Positions 32,546 through 41,945 of a stretch of 64,000 bases of DNA are shown one piece after another. This stretch comes from an uncultured Actinomycetota bacterium. Lineage in GTDB: Bacteria > Actinomycetota > Actinomycetes > JAHEKZ01. The notes under the pieces were generated by a model. The model saw only the letters and a list, made by a program, of their open reading frames with translations, did no database searches and had not been told where the DNA came from. The stretch lies in the NCBI GenBank assembly GCA_963718235.1, contig CAVQYR010000001.1, forward strand, positions 256,001 to 320,000, read 5' to 3'. Position numbers and translations under genes: made by a program. Every line of letters starts with the position of its first letter. The first letter of the stretch is position 1.

Positions 32546-32594
32546 GCGCTCTGAGTAGGCGCGCAGCTACAGAGCGAAGTTGTTCAGAACTGGT

Positions 32595-32621
32595 GCATCC
32601 AAGACGGCCCGGCGCCGCGAA
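32595..32621 (+). promoter_or_regulatory. Candidate SigK-type ECF promoter
   Basis: CATCC-N17-CGAA upstream of the fasciclin gene. Confidence 0.5.
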
Positions 32622-32682
32622 TCACTCTCGTCAACCGCTTCCCGGCCCTTCCCGGCCGACCCCTCGACCTACGGGAGATCTG

Positions 32683-33340
32683 ATGCGCCTCACCACTCGC
32701 CTCGTCGCCGCCACGGCGACGCTGGCCCTGGCTGCCGGAACCGCAGCCTTGGCCGCCCCTGCCGCCTCGGCATCGGACAAGCTGGGCAAAGCCCCGCTGT
32801 CCGACGTGCTCCTCGCCGACGGGGACACCTTCGACAACAACAAGTGGGACTACGACATCGTCACGCAGGCCGCGCTGACCGTGATCGGCGCCAAGGGCGA
32901 GGACACCCCGGTGTACCTGCTGACCCAGGGCGACGTGGCCCTCACCGCCTTCCTGCCACGGGACATCGCGTTCTACCGGCTCGTGGAGGACCTGACCGGC
33001 AGCTGGCCGAAGAGCGAGAAGGCGGCCTTCAACACGGTCGCGAGCCTTGGGGTGGACACGGTCGAGAAGGTTCTCACCTACCACGTCGTTCCGGGCCTGA
33101 CCATCGACTCCGCGAGGCCCTGGCAGTCAGACGGCGCGAAGCTTCCCACTGCCGATGGCGGACAACACCTTCACGGTCAACGTGAAGAACCGGCCCTCCG
33201 GTGGCGTCGGCATCCGGCTGATCGACAACGACCCCGACCTGCGCAACCCGTGGGTGGTCAAGACCCAGCTGGACATCAACGAGGGCAACCGGCAGATCGC
33301 CCACGGCATCTCGCGTGTCCTGATTCCGGTCAACCTGTGA
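32683..33340 (+). pseudogene. Secreted fasciclin (FAS1) domain protein, frameshifted near 33110-33160
   Basis: Signal peptide, LTAFLP.D.AF and VLTYHVV in one frame; C-terminal QIAHGISRVLIP in the 33155 frame. Confidence 0.82.
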
Positions 33341-33386
33341 CCTGATTCACCCCTGTTTCACCCGATTTGCGGTCAGATGACCGCCG

Positions 33387-33419
33387 GAAGGCCCGGCACC
33401 CACGAGGTGCCGGGCCTTC
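33387..33419 (+). terminator. Hairpin after the fasciclin gene
   Basis: GAAGGCCCGGCACC-N5-GGTGCCGGGCCTTC. Confidence 0.75.
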
Positions 33420-33540
33420 GCGTGTCGGCCCGAAACCCCCTACGGTGGCTCGAAAGACCCCCGGAGGACGAACCGATGCAGGCCCCTGCCCGCGCTGCCT
33501 TTGCTGCCCTCGCCGGTGACCCGCTGACCCGGAGCCGGCC

Positions 33541-33930
33541 ATGACGAGCGCCCGCCGAGTCGCAACGCTGGTGGCAGTCGTGGTCGCCGCCACTTTGCTG
33601 CTCGGCGTCGCGCCAGCCCTGGCGTTTCGGGACCTGACCGTCACGCCGAAGGCCAAGCACTCACGGGCGTACCGCGAGCAGGTCGACCTCACGACCTGGC
33701 GTGCGTCGCCACACGGCCAGGAGATCTCGTGGCGGGAGTCCAACAACGTCTGTCACGTCGTCAACCCCTCGGGCTACAACCGCGGCAAGTGGCAGATGAC
33801 ACTCACCCTGTGGCGATCCTTCGGTGGGCGGCAGTTCGCCCGTTCCCCCGAGCGGGCGACGTGCAAGGAGCAGGACCGGGTCGCCCGCCGGGTGTGGGTC
33901 GACTCGTGGTGGTGGCCCTGGGGTGGGTGA
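33541..33930 (+). CDS. Secreted Rpf-like / lysozyme-like transglycosylase
   Basis: Signal peptide ending ALA; RES..N.SGY.RGKWQM...WRSFGG...AT..EQDRVA...PW pattern. Confidence 0.75.
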   Translation: MTSARRVATLVAVVVAATLLLGVAPALAFRDLTVTPKAKHSRAYREQVDLTTWRASPHGQEISWRESNNVCHVVNPSGYNRGKWQMTLTLWRSFGGRQFARSPERATCKEQDRVARRVWVDSWWWPWGG

Positions 33931-33988
33931 GCCCACCTGAGGACGTTCGCCACTGCACCCGCCCCTCGCCGACGCCGATAGTGGGGTC

Positions 33989-34564
33989 ATGACGCTTCCC
34001 CGGGGTTGGCTGTGGCTCATCGTGGTGTCCTCGGCGGTGGGCATGGTCGCCACCGTGATGCAGCTGATCGAGCGGGTCCAGCTGGCCACCGAGCCGGACA
34101 AGGCCCTGCTCTGCGACATCAACGCCACGCTGTCCTGCGGGACCGTTCTGGAGGCCTGGCAGTCCAGCGTGTTCGGCCCGATCCCCAACGCGGCGATCGG
34201 GCTCGTGGTGTTCACCGTGATGCTCACCTCCGCCCTCGGGGTGCTGCTCGGGTCGACGCTGGCCCTTCGTGCGTGGGGAGTGCTCGCGTTCTTCGCGGCG
34301 TTCATGGCCGCCTTCACCGTCTGGTTCCTCGCCCAGACGACCTTCTCGATCAACGCGCTGTGCCTGTACTGCCTGGCCATCGGGACGGCCGTGGTCCTGA
34401 TCAACGCGTCCTGGTGGAGGGTGGCCGCAGCCAATGGCTGGCTGGTCGGTCCGTCGCGGTTCTTGGGGGTGGCCGGGCGGCTGGTCGCCGGCGGCAGCGA
34501 CCTGCTGATCTGGGCCGGGCTGTGGACCGCTGTTGCCGCGATGATGGTGATCGGCTTCAACTGA
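33989..34564 (+). CDS. Vitamin K epoxide reductase (VKOR) family protein
   Basis: CDINATLSC, FG.IPN, CLYC redox motif; TM segments. Confidence 0.9.
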   Translation: MTLPRGWLWLIVVSSAVGMVATVMQLIERVQLATEPDKALLCDINATLSCGTVLEAWQSSVFGPIPNAAIGLVVFTVMLTSALGVLLGSTLALRAWGVLAFFAAFMAAFTVWFLAQTTFSINALCLYCLAIGTAVVLINASWWRVAAANGWLVGPSRFLGVAGRLVAGGSDLLIWAGLWTAVAAMMVIGFN

Positions 34565-34612
34565 GCCTCGGCCGGTCTGGCCGCGGGTTCTCCGACGGGT
34601 CACGATGGGGTC

Positions 34613-35497
34613 ATGGACACCGGCATGCAGATCGAGGCGATGCAGCCGGACGACCGAGCCGGCGTCGCGGCCGTCGCCCGGTCGACCGACCAGGCAGCCG
34701 AGGGGTTGGCGGGGGACCCCACCTACACGAGCCACGTCGCCCGGCGCGGCCAGTTCCTGGTCGCGCGCCGGGCCGGGCGGTGCGTCGGGTTCGGTGGGCA
34801 GGTCCCGGTCCAGGTGACGGTCCAGGTGACGGTCGACGGTGAGGTCGACAGTGCGGTCGAGAGCGCGGCGATGTTGACCGACCTGTTCGTCGAGCCGGTC
34901 GAGCAGGGGACCGGCGTGGGCTCGGCGCTGCTGGACTCCCTGTGGTCGGCGTCACCCGCGCGCCTGACCTTCGCCAGCCAGCGGCCCCCAGCGATCGCGC
35001 TGTACGCCCGCTGGGGGCTCTTGGCCCGATGGCCCTTGCTGTACCTCGCCGGCGACCCCGGGCGGCTGCCCGATCCGCGACTGGTCGTCGAGCGGGTGGA
35101 CGCCGACACGGCCGCGCACAGCGAGCGCGCCTGGACCGGTGCGGACCGGGCCAGTGACTACGCCTACTGGTCGGAGCGGCCCGGCGGTTTCGCCCTCGTC
35201 GTCCGTGACGGGGACGACCTGGTGGGGGCTGGGGCGGTGGGGGGCGAGGGCGAGGAGTTCGGTCTCACCCACTTCCGAGCACGTGCGGCCGTGGTGAGTG
35301 AGGCCGCGACCACGGCTGCCCTGCGAGCGGCCGGACCTGGCAGGTCAGGGTGCCTGCTGTGCCTTCCGGGCCCGCACCCGTCCGTCCGAGTGCTGCTGGA
35401 GCACGGCTTCCGGATCGTCGACCACGACCTCCACATGGCGACCGACGATGTCGTCCTCGACCCACTGACGCTCGTCGCGCACCCTGGCCTGGTCTAG
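34613..35497 (+). CDS. GNAT family N-acetyltransferase
   Basis: LTDLFVEP..QGTGVGSALL, AIALYARWG. Confidence 0.8.
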   Translation: MDTGMQIEAMQPDDRAGVAAVARSTDQAAEGLAGDPTYTSHVARRGQFLVARRAGRCVGFGGQVPVQVTVQVTVDGEVDSAVESAAMLTDLFVEPVEQGTGVGSALLDSLWSASPARLTFASQRPPAIALYARWGLLARWPLLYLAGDPGRLPDPRLVVERVDADTAAHSERAWTGADRASDYAYWSERPGGFALVVRDGDDLVGAGAVGGEGEEFGLTHFRARAAVVSEAATTAALRAAGPGRSGCLLCLPGPHPSVRVLLEHGFRIVDHDLHMATDDVVLDPLTLVAHPGLV

Positions 35498-35721
35498 CTC
35501 GGTCGACCCCGGCCGGTGCTGACCCAGCGCCCGGTCGGGGGCTGCTGTCCACATGAGTTCCCGCTTGGGCCCGGACAGCAGGAAAGGCGCCGACGATGCC
35601 ACCCCCTCGCGTGGCACCGGCTGCGCCTTTCCCCCTACTGCATCGGTTCGGGGCGGTGCTACCCGTTCACCCGAGCGGGTGATGTGCACTTTCTTGGACG
35701 TGGAACGAGCAAGATGGTTCC

Positions 35722-36950
35722 ATGCGCGTCGTCTCGATCGAGAAGCTCACCGGCATCCTCGGCAGCCTCCCCCCGGAGCCACGGGTCGTGGCAAGCGGCA
35801 ACTTCGCCACGCCCACGCGGCTGCTGGAGCTGGTCGACTCTTCCATCGAGCGCTACCGGCTGTTCGTCCTCAATGCCCAGCACGGGATCGCCGACCGCGA
35901 CGGCGTCACCTTGGAGACCTGCTTCGTCGGGCCGGGCATGCGACGCAGGGCCGGACTCCGCTACGTCCCGGCCCGGCTGTCGCTGGCCCCGATGCTCTTT
36001 GCCACGACCATGCCGCCCGACGTCGTCGTTCTGCACACCTCGGCGCCGTCCGCGGGAACTGTGTCGATGGGCACCGAGGTCAACGTGCTGCCGGCCGCGG
36101 TGGAGGCCGCCCATCGACGAGGCGGACTGGTGATCGCCCAGGCGAACGCAGCGATGCCCTACACCTACGGAGACGGGGTGCTCAGTGTCGACGACCTGGA
36201 CTACCTCGTGGAGGTCGACGAACCGCTGGTCTCCCCCCGCCCCTCGAGCTCGACGAGTGCTCCCGACAGATCGGCGCCAAGGTGGCCAGCCTGGTCAACG
36301 ACGGCTCCACGCTCCAGATGGGAATCGGGGCGATCCCGGACGCCGCACTGCACGGCCTCGGCGGGCGACGAGGGCTGCGGGTGTGGTCGGAGATGTTCTC
36401 CGACGGGGTGCTGGAGCTGGACCGGCAGGGTGTCCTCGACGTCGACGCGCCCCTGGTCGCGTCCTTCGTCTTCGGGTCACCTGAGCTGTACTCCTGGGTC
36501 GACCGCAACCCGCGGGTCCGGATCAAGCGCACCGAGAAGACCAACGATCCCCGCGCGATCGCCAAGAACCCCGCGCTGGTCAGTGTGAACTCCGCCCTTC
36601 AGGTCGACCTGTTCGCCCAGGCCAACGCCTCGCGGATCAACGGGCGCATCTACTCCGGGTTCGGGGGTCAGACCGACTTCATCGTGGGTGCCCTGCACTC
36701 TCCCGGCGGCCAGGCGCTCATCGCCTTGCGCAGCTGGCACCCGCGCGCCGACGTCTCGACGGTGGTGCCGTTGATCGACGAGCCGGTCACGAGCTTCCAG
36801 CAGAGCGCGATCGTCACCGAGAACGGGATCGCCCCCCTGTGGGGTCGCAGCCAGGAGGAGCAGGCGCGGTCGCTGATCGAGCAGGCGGCACACCCGCAGG
36901 TCCGGGAGGAGCTGTGGGAGGAGGCAGCCGCCCTGGGCCTTGTGCTGTAG
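35722..36950 (+). pseudogene. Acetyl-CoA hydrolase/CoA-transferase, frameshifted at the C6 run 36233-36238
   Basis: N-terminal half (SMGTEVN..MPYTYGD) in the 35722 frame; TLQMGIGAIP, WSEMFSDG, SGFGGQTDF, IVTENG in the frame ending 36950. Confidence 0.85.
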
Positions 36951-37018
36951 GCGAACGACAGCAGGCAGCACCGGCGCGGTCATGGACGAGGCTCGGCGGC
37001 AGGTGGTACGCATCACCC

Positions 37019-38008
37019 ATGCGCATTCTGGTCATCGGGGGCACGAGGTTCGTCGGACGGCACATCGTCGAGGCTGCGCTGGCCCACGGGCACCAGCTCA
37101 CGTTGCTGCACCGCGGCAGTGGCGACGACCCCTTCCCCCAGTGCGAGCACGTGCACGTCGACCGAGACGGTGACCTCTCGGTGCTCGCCGACCGGAGCTT
37201 CGATGCGGTCGTCGACGTCAGCGCGTACGTTCCGCGGCAGGTGAACGCCCTGGCCGACGCGCTGGGTGAGCGGGCCGGTCGCTACCTGTTCATCTCGACG
37301 GTGTCCGTGTACGACCTCCCGGCCGAGCAGCCGTTCGCCGAGGACGGCGCGCTCACCGCACCTCCGGAAGACCCGGCCACCGAGGAGGTCACCGAGCAGA
37401 CCTATGGCGGGCTCAAGGTGCTCTGCGAGCAGGCCGCGAGCGAGCGGTTCGGCCAGCGGCTCACCGTCGTCCGCCCGACGTACGTGGTCGGGCCGTTCGA
37501 CTACACCCACCGGTTCACCTACTGGGTCGAGCGGCTGGCCCGCGGTGGTGAGGTGCTCGCACCCGCGCCGGCGGAGGCCTGGCTGCAGATCATCGACGCC
37601 CGCGACCAGGGGGCGTTCGTCGTCCAGCTGCTGGAGAACGACGTCGACGGCACGTTTCACACCGTGTGGCCCGGCACGGAGGAGGCGACGTTCGGCCAGG
37701 TGCTGGAGCAGGTCGCGGCCGCCGTGGCACCCGAGGGCACCACGATCACCTACGTCGACCCCCAGTTCCTGCGCGACCACGAGGTCGACGGCCGAGCCCT
37801 CCCGCTGTGGGACGACGAAGGGGTCGAGTCAGGGGCACCGGCTCGGCCTGACGCCGCGCTCGGTGCAGGGATGAGCCCGCGCCCGATCGGTCAGACCGCC
37901 GGTGAGCTGCTCGCCGCGGAGACCGCGGACCCGACCACCGACGAGTACGGGGTTGGCTTGGCCCCTGATCGCGAGGCCGAGCTGCTGGCTGCCTGGCACG
38001 CCCGCTGA
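37019..38008 (+). CDS. NAD-dependent epimerase/dehydratase (extended SDR)
   Basis: IGGTRFVG, ISTVSVY, YGGLK, QIIDARD. Confidence 0.88.
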   Translation: MRILVIGGTRFVGRHIVEAALAHGHQLTLLHRGSGDDPFPQCEHVHVDRDGDLSVLADRSFDAVVDVSAYVPRQVNALADALGERAGRYLFISTVSVYDLPAEQPFAEDGALTAPPEDPATEEVTEQTYGGLKVLCEQAASERFGQRLTVVRPTYVVGPFDYTHRFTYWVERLARGGEVLAPAPAEAWLQIIDARDQGAFVVQLLENDVDGTFHTVWPGTEEATFGQVLEQVAAAVAPEGTTITYVDPQFLRDHEVDGRALPLWDDEGVESGAPARPDAALGAGMSPRPIGQTAGELLAAETADPTTDEYGVGLAPDREAELLAAWHAR

Positions 38009-38029
38009 GCAACCCCGCTGGGTAGGACC

Positions 38030-39478
38030 TCAGGCAGCGACGGGTGACTCGGCGCGCAGCCAGGCCAGGACGTCCAGGGCCGACCAGCCGCCGGGGAACA
38101 GCTCGAGCAGCCCGGTCAGCTGGGTACGGTCCGAGCCGAGGGTGACGAGGAACGGCTCGACGGTGTCGTTGGCCCGCAGCTGGGCCAGACCGGCGGTGGC
38201 GGCCAGGCCGTTGCACAGACACATGCGGCCCACCGTGTCCTCGACGGCACCGCCCTTCTTCACGTACGCGTCCAGCGGCTCTGAGGCGCAGCGGTAGCCG
38301 ACGCTGCCGTCGTCGCGGCGGTACGGCGTGCGCAGGTAGCTGAGGTCGCAGATCCGCTCGCGCCGGCCGTACACGGTCGGGTCGGCCACGGTGTCGCCGA
38401 GCTGGGCGACCTTGAACGGGAAGCCGGTGGGGCTGGCCAGTGGGTCGGTGCGCACGCGCAGCGTGTCGGCGAGCACCCGCTCGCGCAGCACCTGGCGCAC
38501 GACGGGGGTGAGGCCGGACTCGTCGGACAGCGCGAAGGCGGTGCCGATCTGCACGCCGACCGCACCTGCTTCCTGCGCCTCGCGCAGCTTGTCGGGGGTC
38601 GCGTAGCCGCCAGCCAGCCAGAACGGGAGCCCGATCGCGTCGAGCTTGGCGAGGTCGACGACGTCGCGGGGCCCGTAGATGGGCTCGCCGCCGTCGTCGA
38701 GGACCATCCGCCGGGGCGGGGCGTTGTGCCCACCGGCGTCGGGCAGCTCGACGACGAAGCCGTCCGGGCGGGTCGCCTCGTCGCGGGCGAGGTACTGACC
38801 GAGGACGTGGGAGCTGACGATGGCCAGGAAGAACGGGCGCTTCAGTGGGGCGGTCAGGCCGGGGACCACCTGAGCAGGGTCCATGGTGATGCCGAAGGAC
38901 TCCCCGCTCTGCGCACCGGTGACGTCGATCGGCAGGCTGACCGGCTCGCACGCCGCGACCCCGTCGAGCACGCGCGGCAGGTGGGTCGGAACTCCGGCAC
39001 CGACCAGCACGAAGTCGACCTCGGCCAGGACGGCGCCGAGCAGGGCGGCTGGGGTCCACAGCTGGACCTTCTCGAGCAGGTTGATGCCGACGGCGCCGTC
39101 GTGGCCGGTCTTGGCGAGCCTCACCTGAACGTACGCACCGAGGGCGCTGAGCCGAACCGGGTCGGGCTTCTGGTGAAGGTCGAGCTTGGGGATCGGTCGG
39201 TAGGGCTTGCCCGGAGGGCGCCCGCCGTCGAGGAAGTAGCGGGCGATGGTGGCCGCGACGAACTCCTGGTCGGGGTAGCCGGCCATGGCGGCCCGGATCT
39301 CACCGGTGGGGTCGCCGTCCTGCAGCCAGCGGGAGAGAAGGAGGTCGGGGGCGACTCCGGAGATGACCCCGAGGCCACCGTGGGAGGCCACGGTGCGGGC
39401 CAGGCCCCACGAGGAGACGTTGACGCCCATGCCGCCTTGGATGACGGCGGGCAGAGTCGCCGGGACCGGAGCTGGCAT
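38030..39478 (-). CDS. Nitronate monooxygenase/FabK/FabX-family FMN protein with four C-terminal Cys
   Basis: IQGGMGV, GGLGVISG, GAGVP, FVVE...AGGH, GVQIGTAF, SPTGFP; RICD, YRCA, MCLCNGL (ORF open from 39493). Confidence 0.8.
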   Translation of the reverse strand: MPAPVPATLPAVIQGGMGVNVSSWGLARTVASHGGLGVISGVAPDLLLSRWLQDGDPTGEIRAAMAGYPDQEFVAATIARYFLDGGRPPGKPYRPIPKLDLHQKPDPVRLSALGAYVQVRLAKTGHDGAVGINLLEKVQLWTPAALLGAVLAEVDFVLVGAGVPTHLPRVLDGVAACEPVSLPIDVTGAQSGESFGITMDPAQVVPGLTAPLKRPFFLAIVSSHVLGQYLARDEATRPDGFVVELPDAGGHNAPPRRMVLDDGGEPIYGPRDVVDLAKLDAIGLPFWLAGGYATPDKLREAQEAGAVGVQIGTAFALSDESGLTPVVRQVLRERVLADTLRVRTDPLASPTGFPFKVAQLGDTVADPTVYGRRERICDLSYLRTPYRRDDGSVGYRCASEPLDAYVKKGGAVEDTVGRMCLCNGLAATAGLAQLRANDTVEPFLVTLGSDRTQLTGLLELFPGGWSALDVLAWLRAESPVAA

Positions 39479-39579
39479 ACGACTGTTCCTCACACGAGCG
39501 GTTGGAGCGGTTCGAGACGACGTCCGCGGGACCGGTTCCCGGCGAGGCGGGGGTCGAGCGGAGCTCGACGCCGCACCAG

Positions 39580-39613
39580 AACCTACGGAACCGTAGGCTA
39601 CGGTACCGTAACC
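39580..39613. promoter_or_regulatory. Tandem palindromic operator (TACGG-N2-CCGTA x2, 15-bp period)
   Basis: AACCTACGGAACCGTAGGCTACGGTACCGTAACC between divergent genes. Confidence 0.8.
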
Positions 39614-39656
39614 AGGCGCGCCTGGCGAACCCGGCGAGCCGGAGGAGGATGGCTTC

Positions 39657-40523
39657 GTGCCCGAGCTGCCGGAGGTCGAGGCCCTCGTCGCCTTCCTGCG
39701 CGGGCGGCTGGTCGGCCGGGTCGTGGCCCGGGTCGACGTCGCCTCGATCAGCGCTCTGAAGACCTACGACCCACCGGTCAGCGCCCTGTCCGGGCTGGAG
39801 GTCACCGCGGTCAGCCGGCACGGGAAGTTCGTCGACGTCGACGTCGACGGGGTCCACCTCGTCGTGCACCTGGCCCGGGCCGGGTGGCTGCGGTGGAGGG
39901 AGTCGCTGCCTGTGGCACCACCCAAGCCGAGCGTGAAGAACCCGGTCGCCGTGCGCGTTCACCTCGACGACGGCTCGGGGTTCGACCTCACCGAGGCGGG
40001 AACCCGCAAGAAGCTGGCGGTCTACCTGGTGCGCGCGGTCGACGACGTGCCGGGTGTGGCCCGACTGGGCCCCGACCCGCTCGCCGAGGGCTTCGACCAG
40101 GCGGCCCTGGACGCGATCGTGGCCGCGCATGCGCGCAGCCAGCTGAAGGGGCTGCTGCGAGACCAGTCGGTGATCGCCGGGATCGGCAACGCCTACAGCG
40201 ACGAGATCCTGCACGTCGCGCGGCTGTCGCCGTTCACCCTGGCCGGCCGCCTGGACGCGGACGGCCGGGCCACGTTGTACGCCGCCGTCGTCGAGTTGCT
40301 GGGAGACGCCGTCGAGCGGGCGAGAGGACTCGCCGCGTCGGACCTCAAGGACGACAAACGGGCCGGGATGCGGGTGCACGGGCGCGCGGGTCAACCGTGC
40401 CCGGTCTGCGGCGACACCGTGCGCGAGGTGTCGTTCGCCGACAGCGCCCTGCAGTACTGCCCGACCTGTCAGACCGGGGGCAAGCCACTCGCAGACCGGC
40501 GGATGTCCAAGCTGCTGAAGTAG
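39657..40523 (+). CDS. Fpg/Nei family DNA glycosylase
   Basis: N-terminal PELPEV, GIGNAYSDEILH (H2TH), CPVC...CPTCQ zinc finger. Confidence 0.95.
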   Translation: MPELPEVEALVAFLRGRLVGRVVARVDVASISALKTYDPPVSALSGLEVTAVSRHGKFVDVDVDGVHLVVHLARAGWLRWRESLPVAPPKPSVKNPVAVRVHLDDGSGFDLTEAGTRKKLAVYLVRAVDDVPGVARLGPDPLAEGFDQAALDAIVAAHARSQLKGLLRDQSVIAGIGNAYSDEILHVARLSPFTLAGRLDADGRATLYAAVVELLGDAVERARGLAASDLKDDKRAGMRVHGRAGQPCPVCGDTVREVSFADSALQYCPTCQTGGKPLADRRMSKLLK

Positions 40524-40574
40524 CCGGGTCGACGGCCTCTCCCGCCGACGTGCGCCTCCCTAGACTCCTCAGTC

Positions 40575-41903
40575 GTGAGCCTACGTCCCGGTCGCTCGAG
40601 CAACGAGGCGAGGGACCGCGGGCTGGTGTCCGCGCTCGTCGACGTCGTGGGTGTCGAGCACGTGCTCACCGACCCCGACCTGACGACGTCGTACACGCGT
40701 GACTGGACCGGTCGGTTCGTCGGGTCGGCGGCGGCGGTCGTGCGCCCGGCCGACACCGCCGAGGTGGCGCAGGTCCTGGCTCACTGCCTGCGGCTGGGAA
40801 TCCCGGTGGTCCCCCAGGGCGGCAACACCGGGCTGGTCGGCGGCGGCACACCGAGAGGCGACGACATGGTGGTGCTGTCGACCCGCCGGCTCGACGGGCT
40901 CGGGCTGGTCGACGTCGACGCGCGGCAGGTGACTCTGGGGGCAGGAGTCACCGTCGTTCGAGCGCACGCGCACGCGCATGCGTCCGGGCTCGCCTACGGC
41001 GTCGACCTGGCCTCGCGCGAGTCGGCCACGATCGGCGGCACCGTGGCCACCAACGCCGGCGGGGTCCGGGTCGTGCGGCACGGGGACACCCGGGCACAGG
41101 TGGTGGGCGTGGAGGCCGTGCTGACCGACGGGCGGGTCGTCTCGCACCTGCAGGGGCTGCCCAAGGACTCCGCAGGCTACGACCTGTCCGGGCTGCTCGT
41201 CGGGAGCGAGGGAACCCTGGCGGTGGTCACCGCGGCCCGGATGCGGCTGGTCGAGCCATTGCCCCGGCAGCGGTTCGCGCTGCTCGCCGGGGTGGCCGAC
41301 GTCGAGACCGCCCTGCGGCTCACGCGGGCCCAGCCCCGCCTGCTGGCTGCTGAGTTCGTGCTGGGCCACGCCATGGATCTGGTGTGCACGGCGACCGGTC
41401 TTGCGTTCCCGCTGCAGCAGGCGTGGCCGTTCTACGTGCTGCTCGAGACGGCCGACGAGCCTGTCGTCGAAGCAGGCGTCGACGACACCGTCGTTGATCC
41501 CCGGGTCTGGGCCTACCGGGAACGCCAGACCGAGGCCATCGCCACCCTGGGGGTCGTGCACAAGCTGGATGTCGCCGTCCCGGTCCACCGGCTGCAGAAG
41601 CTGCTCGACGGGCTCGCGTCGGCAGTGGCGCCCCACGACGTGTTCGCCTTCGGTCATCTCGCCGAGGGGAACGTGCATGTCGAGGTCGTCGGCGCGGCGC
41701 CGGACGACGAGCGCCCCGACGAGGCCGTGCTGCTACTGGTCGCCGCCCTCGGGGGCACGATCAGCGCCGAGCACGGGGTCGGTGTGGCCAAGACACGGTG
41801 GCTCTCGCTGTCCCGGTCGCCCGACGAGATCGCCGCGATGCGGTCGGTGAAGGCCGCCCTCGACCCCGCCGGTCTGCTCAACCCCGGCGTGTTGTTCACC
41901 TGA
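40575..41903 (+). CDS. FAD-binding oxidoreductase (D-2-hydroxyacid dehydrogenase/GlcD-like)
   Basis: PQGGNTGLVGG, TNAGG, GYDL..L.VGSEGTL, GHLAEGNVH, SAEHGVG, LLNPG; start uncertain. Confidence 0.9.
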   Translation: MSLRPGRSSNEARDRGLVSALVDVVGVEHVLTDPDLTTSYTRDWTGRFVGSAAAVVRPADTAEVAQVLAHCLRLGIPVVPQGGNTGLVGGGTPRGDDMVVLSTRRLDGLGLVDVDARQVTLGAGVTVVRAHAHAHASGLAYGVDLASRESATIGGTVATNAGGVRVVRHGDTRAQVVGVEAVLTDGRVVSHLQGLPKDSAGYDLSGLLVGSEGTLAVVTAARMRLVEPLPRQRFALLAGVADVETALRLTRAQPRLLAAEFVLGHAMDLVCTATGLAFPLQQAWPFYVLLETADEPVVEAGVDDTVVDPRVWAYRERQTEAIATLGVVHKLDVAVPVHRLQKLLDGLASAVAPHDVFAFGHLAEGNVHVEVVGAAPDDERPDEAVLLLVAALGGTISAEHGVGVAKTRWLSLSRSPDEIAAMRSVKAALDPAGLLNPGVLFT

Positions 41904-41945
41904 GCCGACCGGCGCCGACCACCGTCGTCCCCCACAATGGTCGCC

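Noticed and set aside
28517-33420. Integrative element at tRNA-Leu carrying the agmatine cassette
   Set aside because: No integrase and no duplicated tRNA 3' end seen downstream
33420-33540. c-di-AMP (ydaO) or other riboswitch upstream of the Rpf-like gene
   Set aside because: Context would fit, but I could not find the conserved ydaO segments by eye; an Rfam/Infernal scan would settle it
34808-34833. 12-bp duplication GTCCAGGTGACG in the GNAT gene
   Set aside because: Short in-frame slippage in a probable loop; no sign of function
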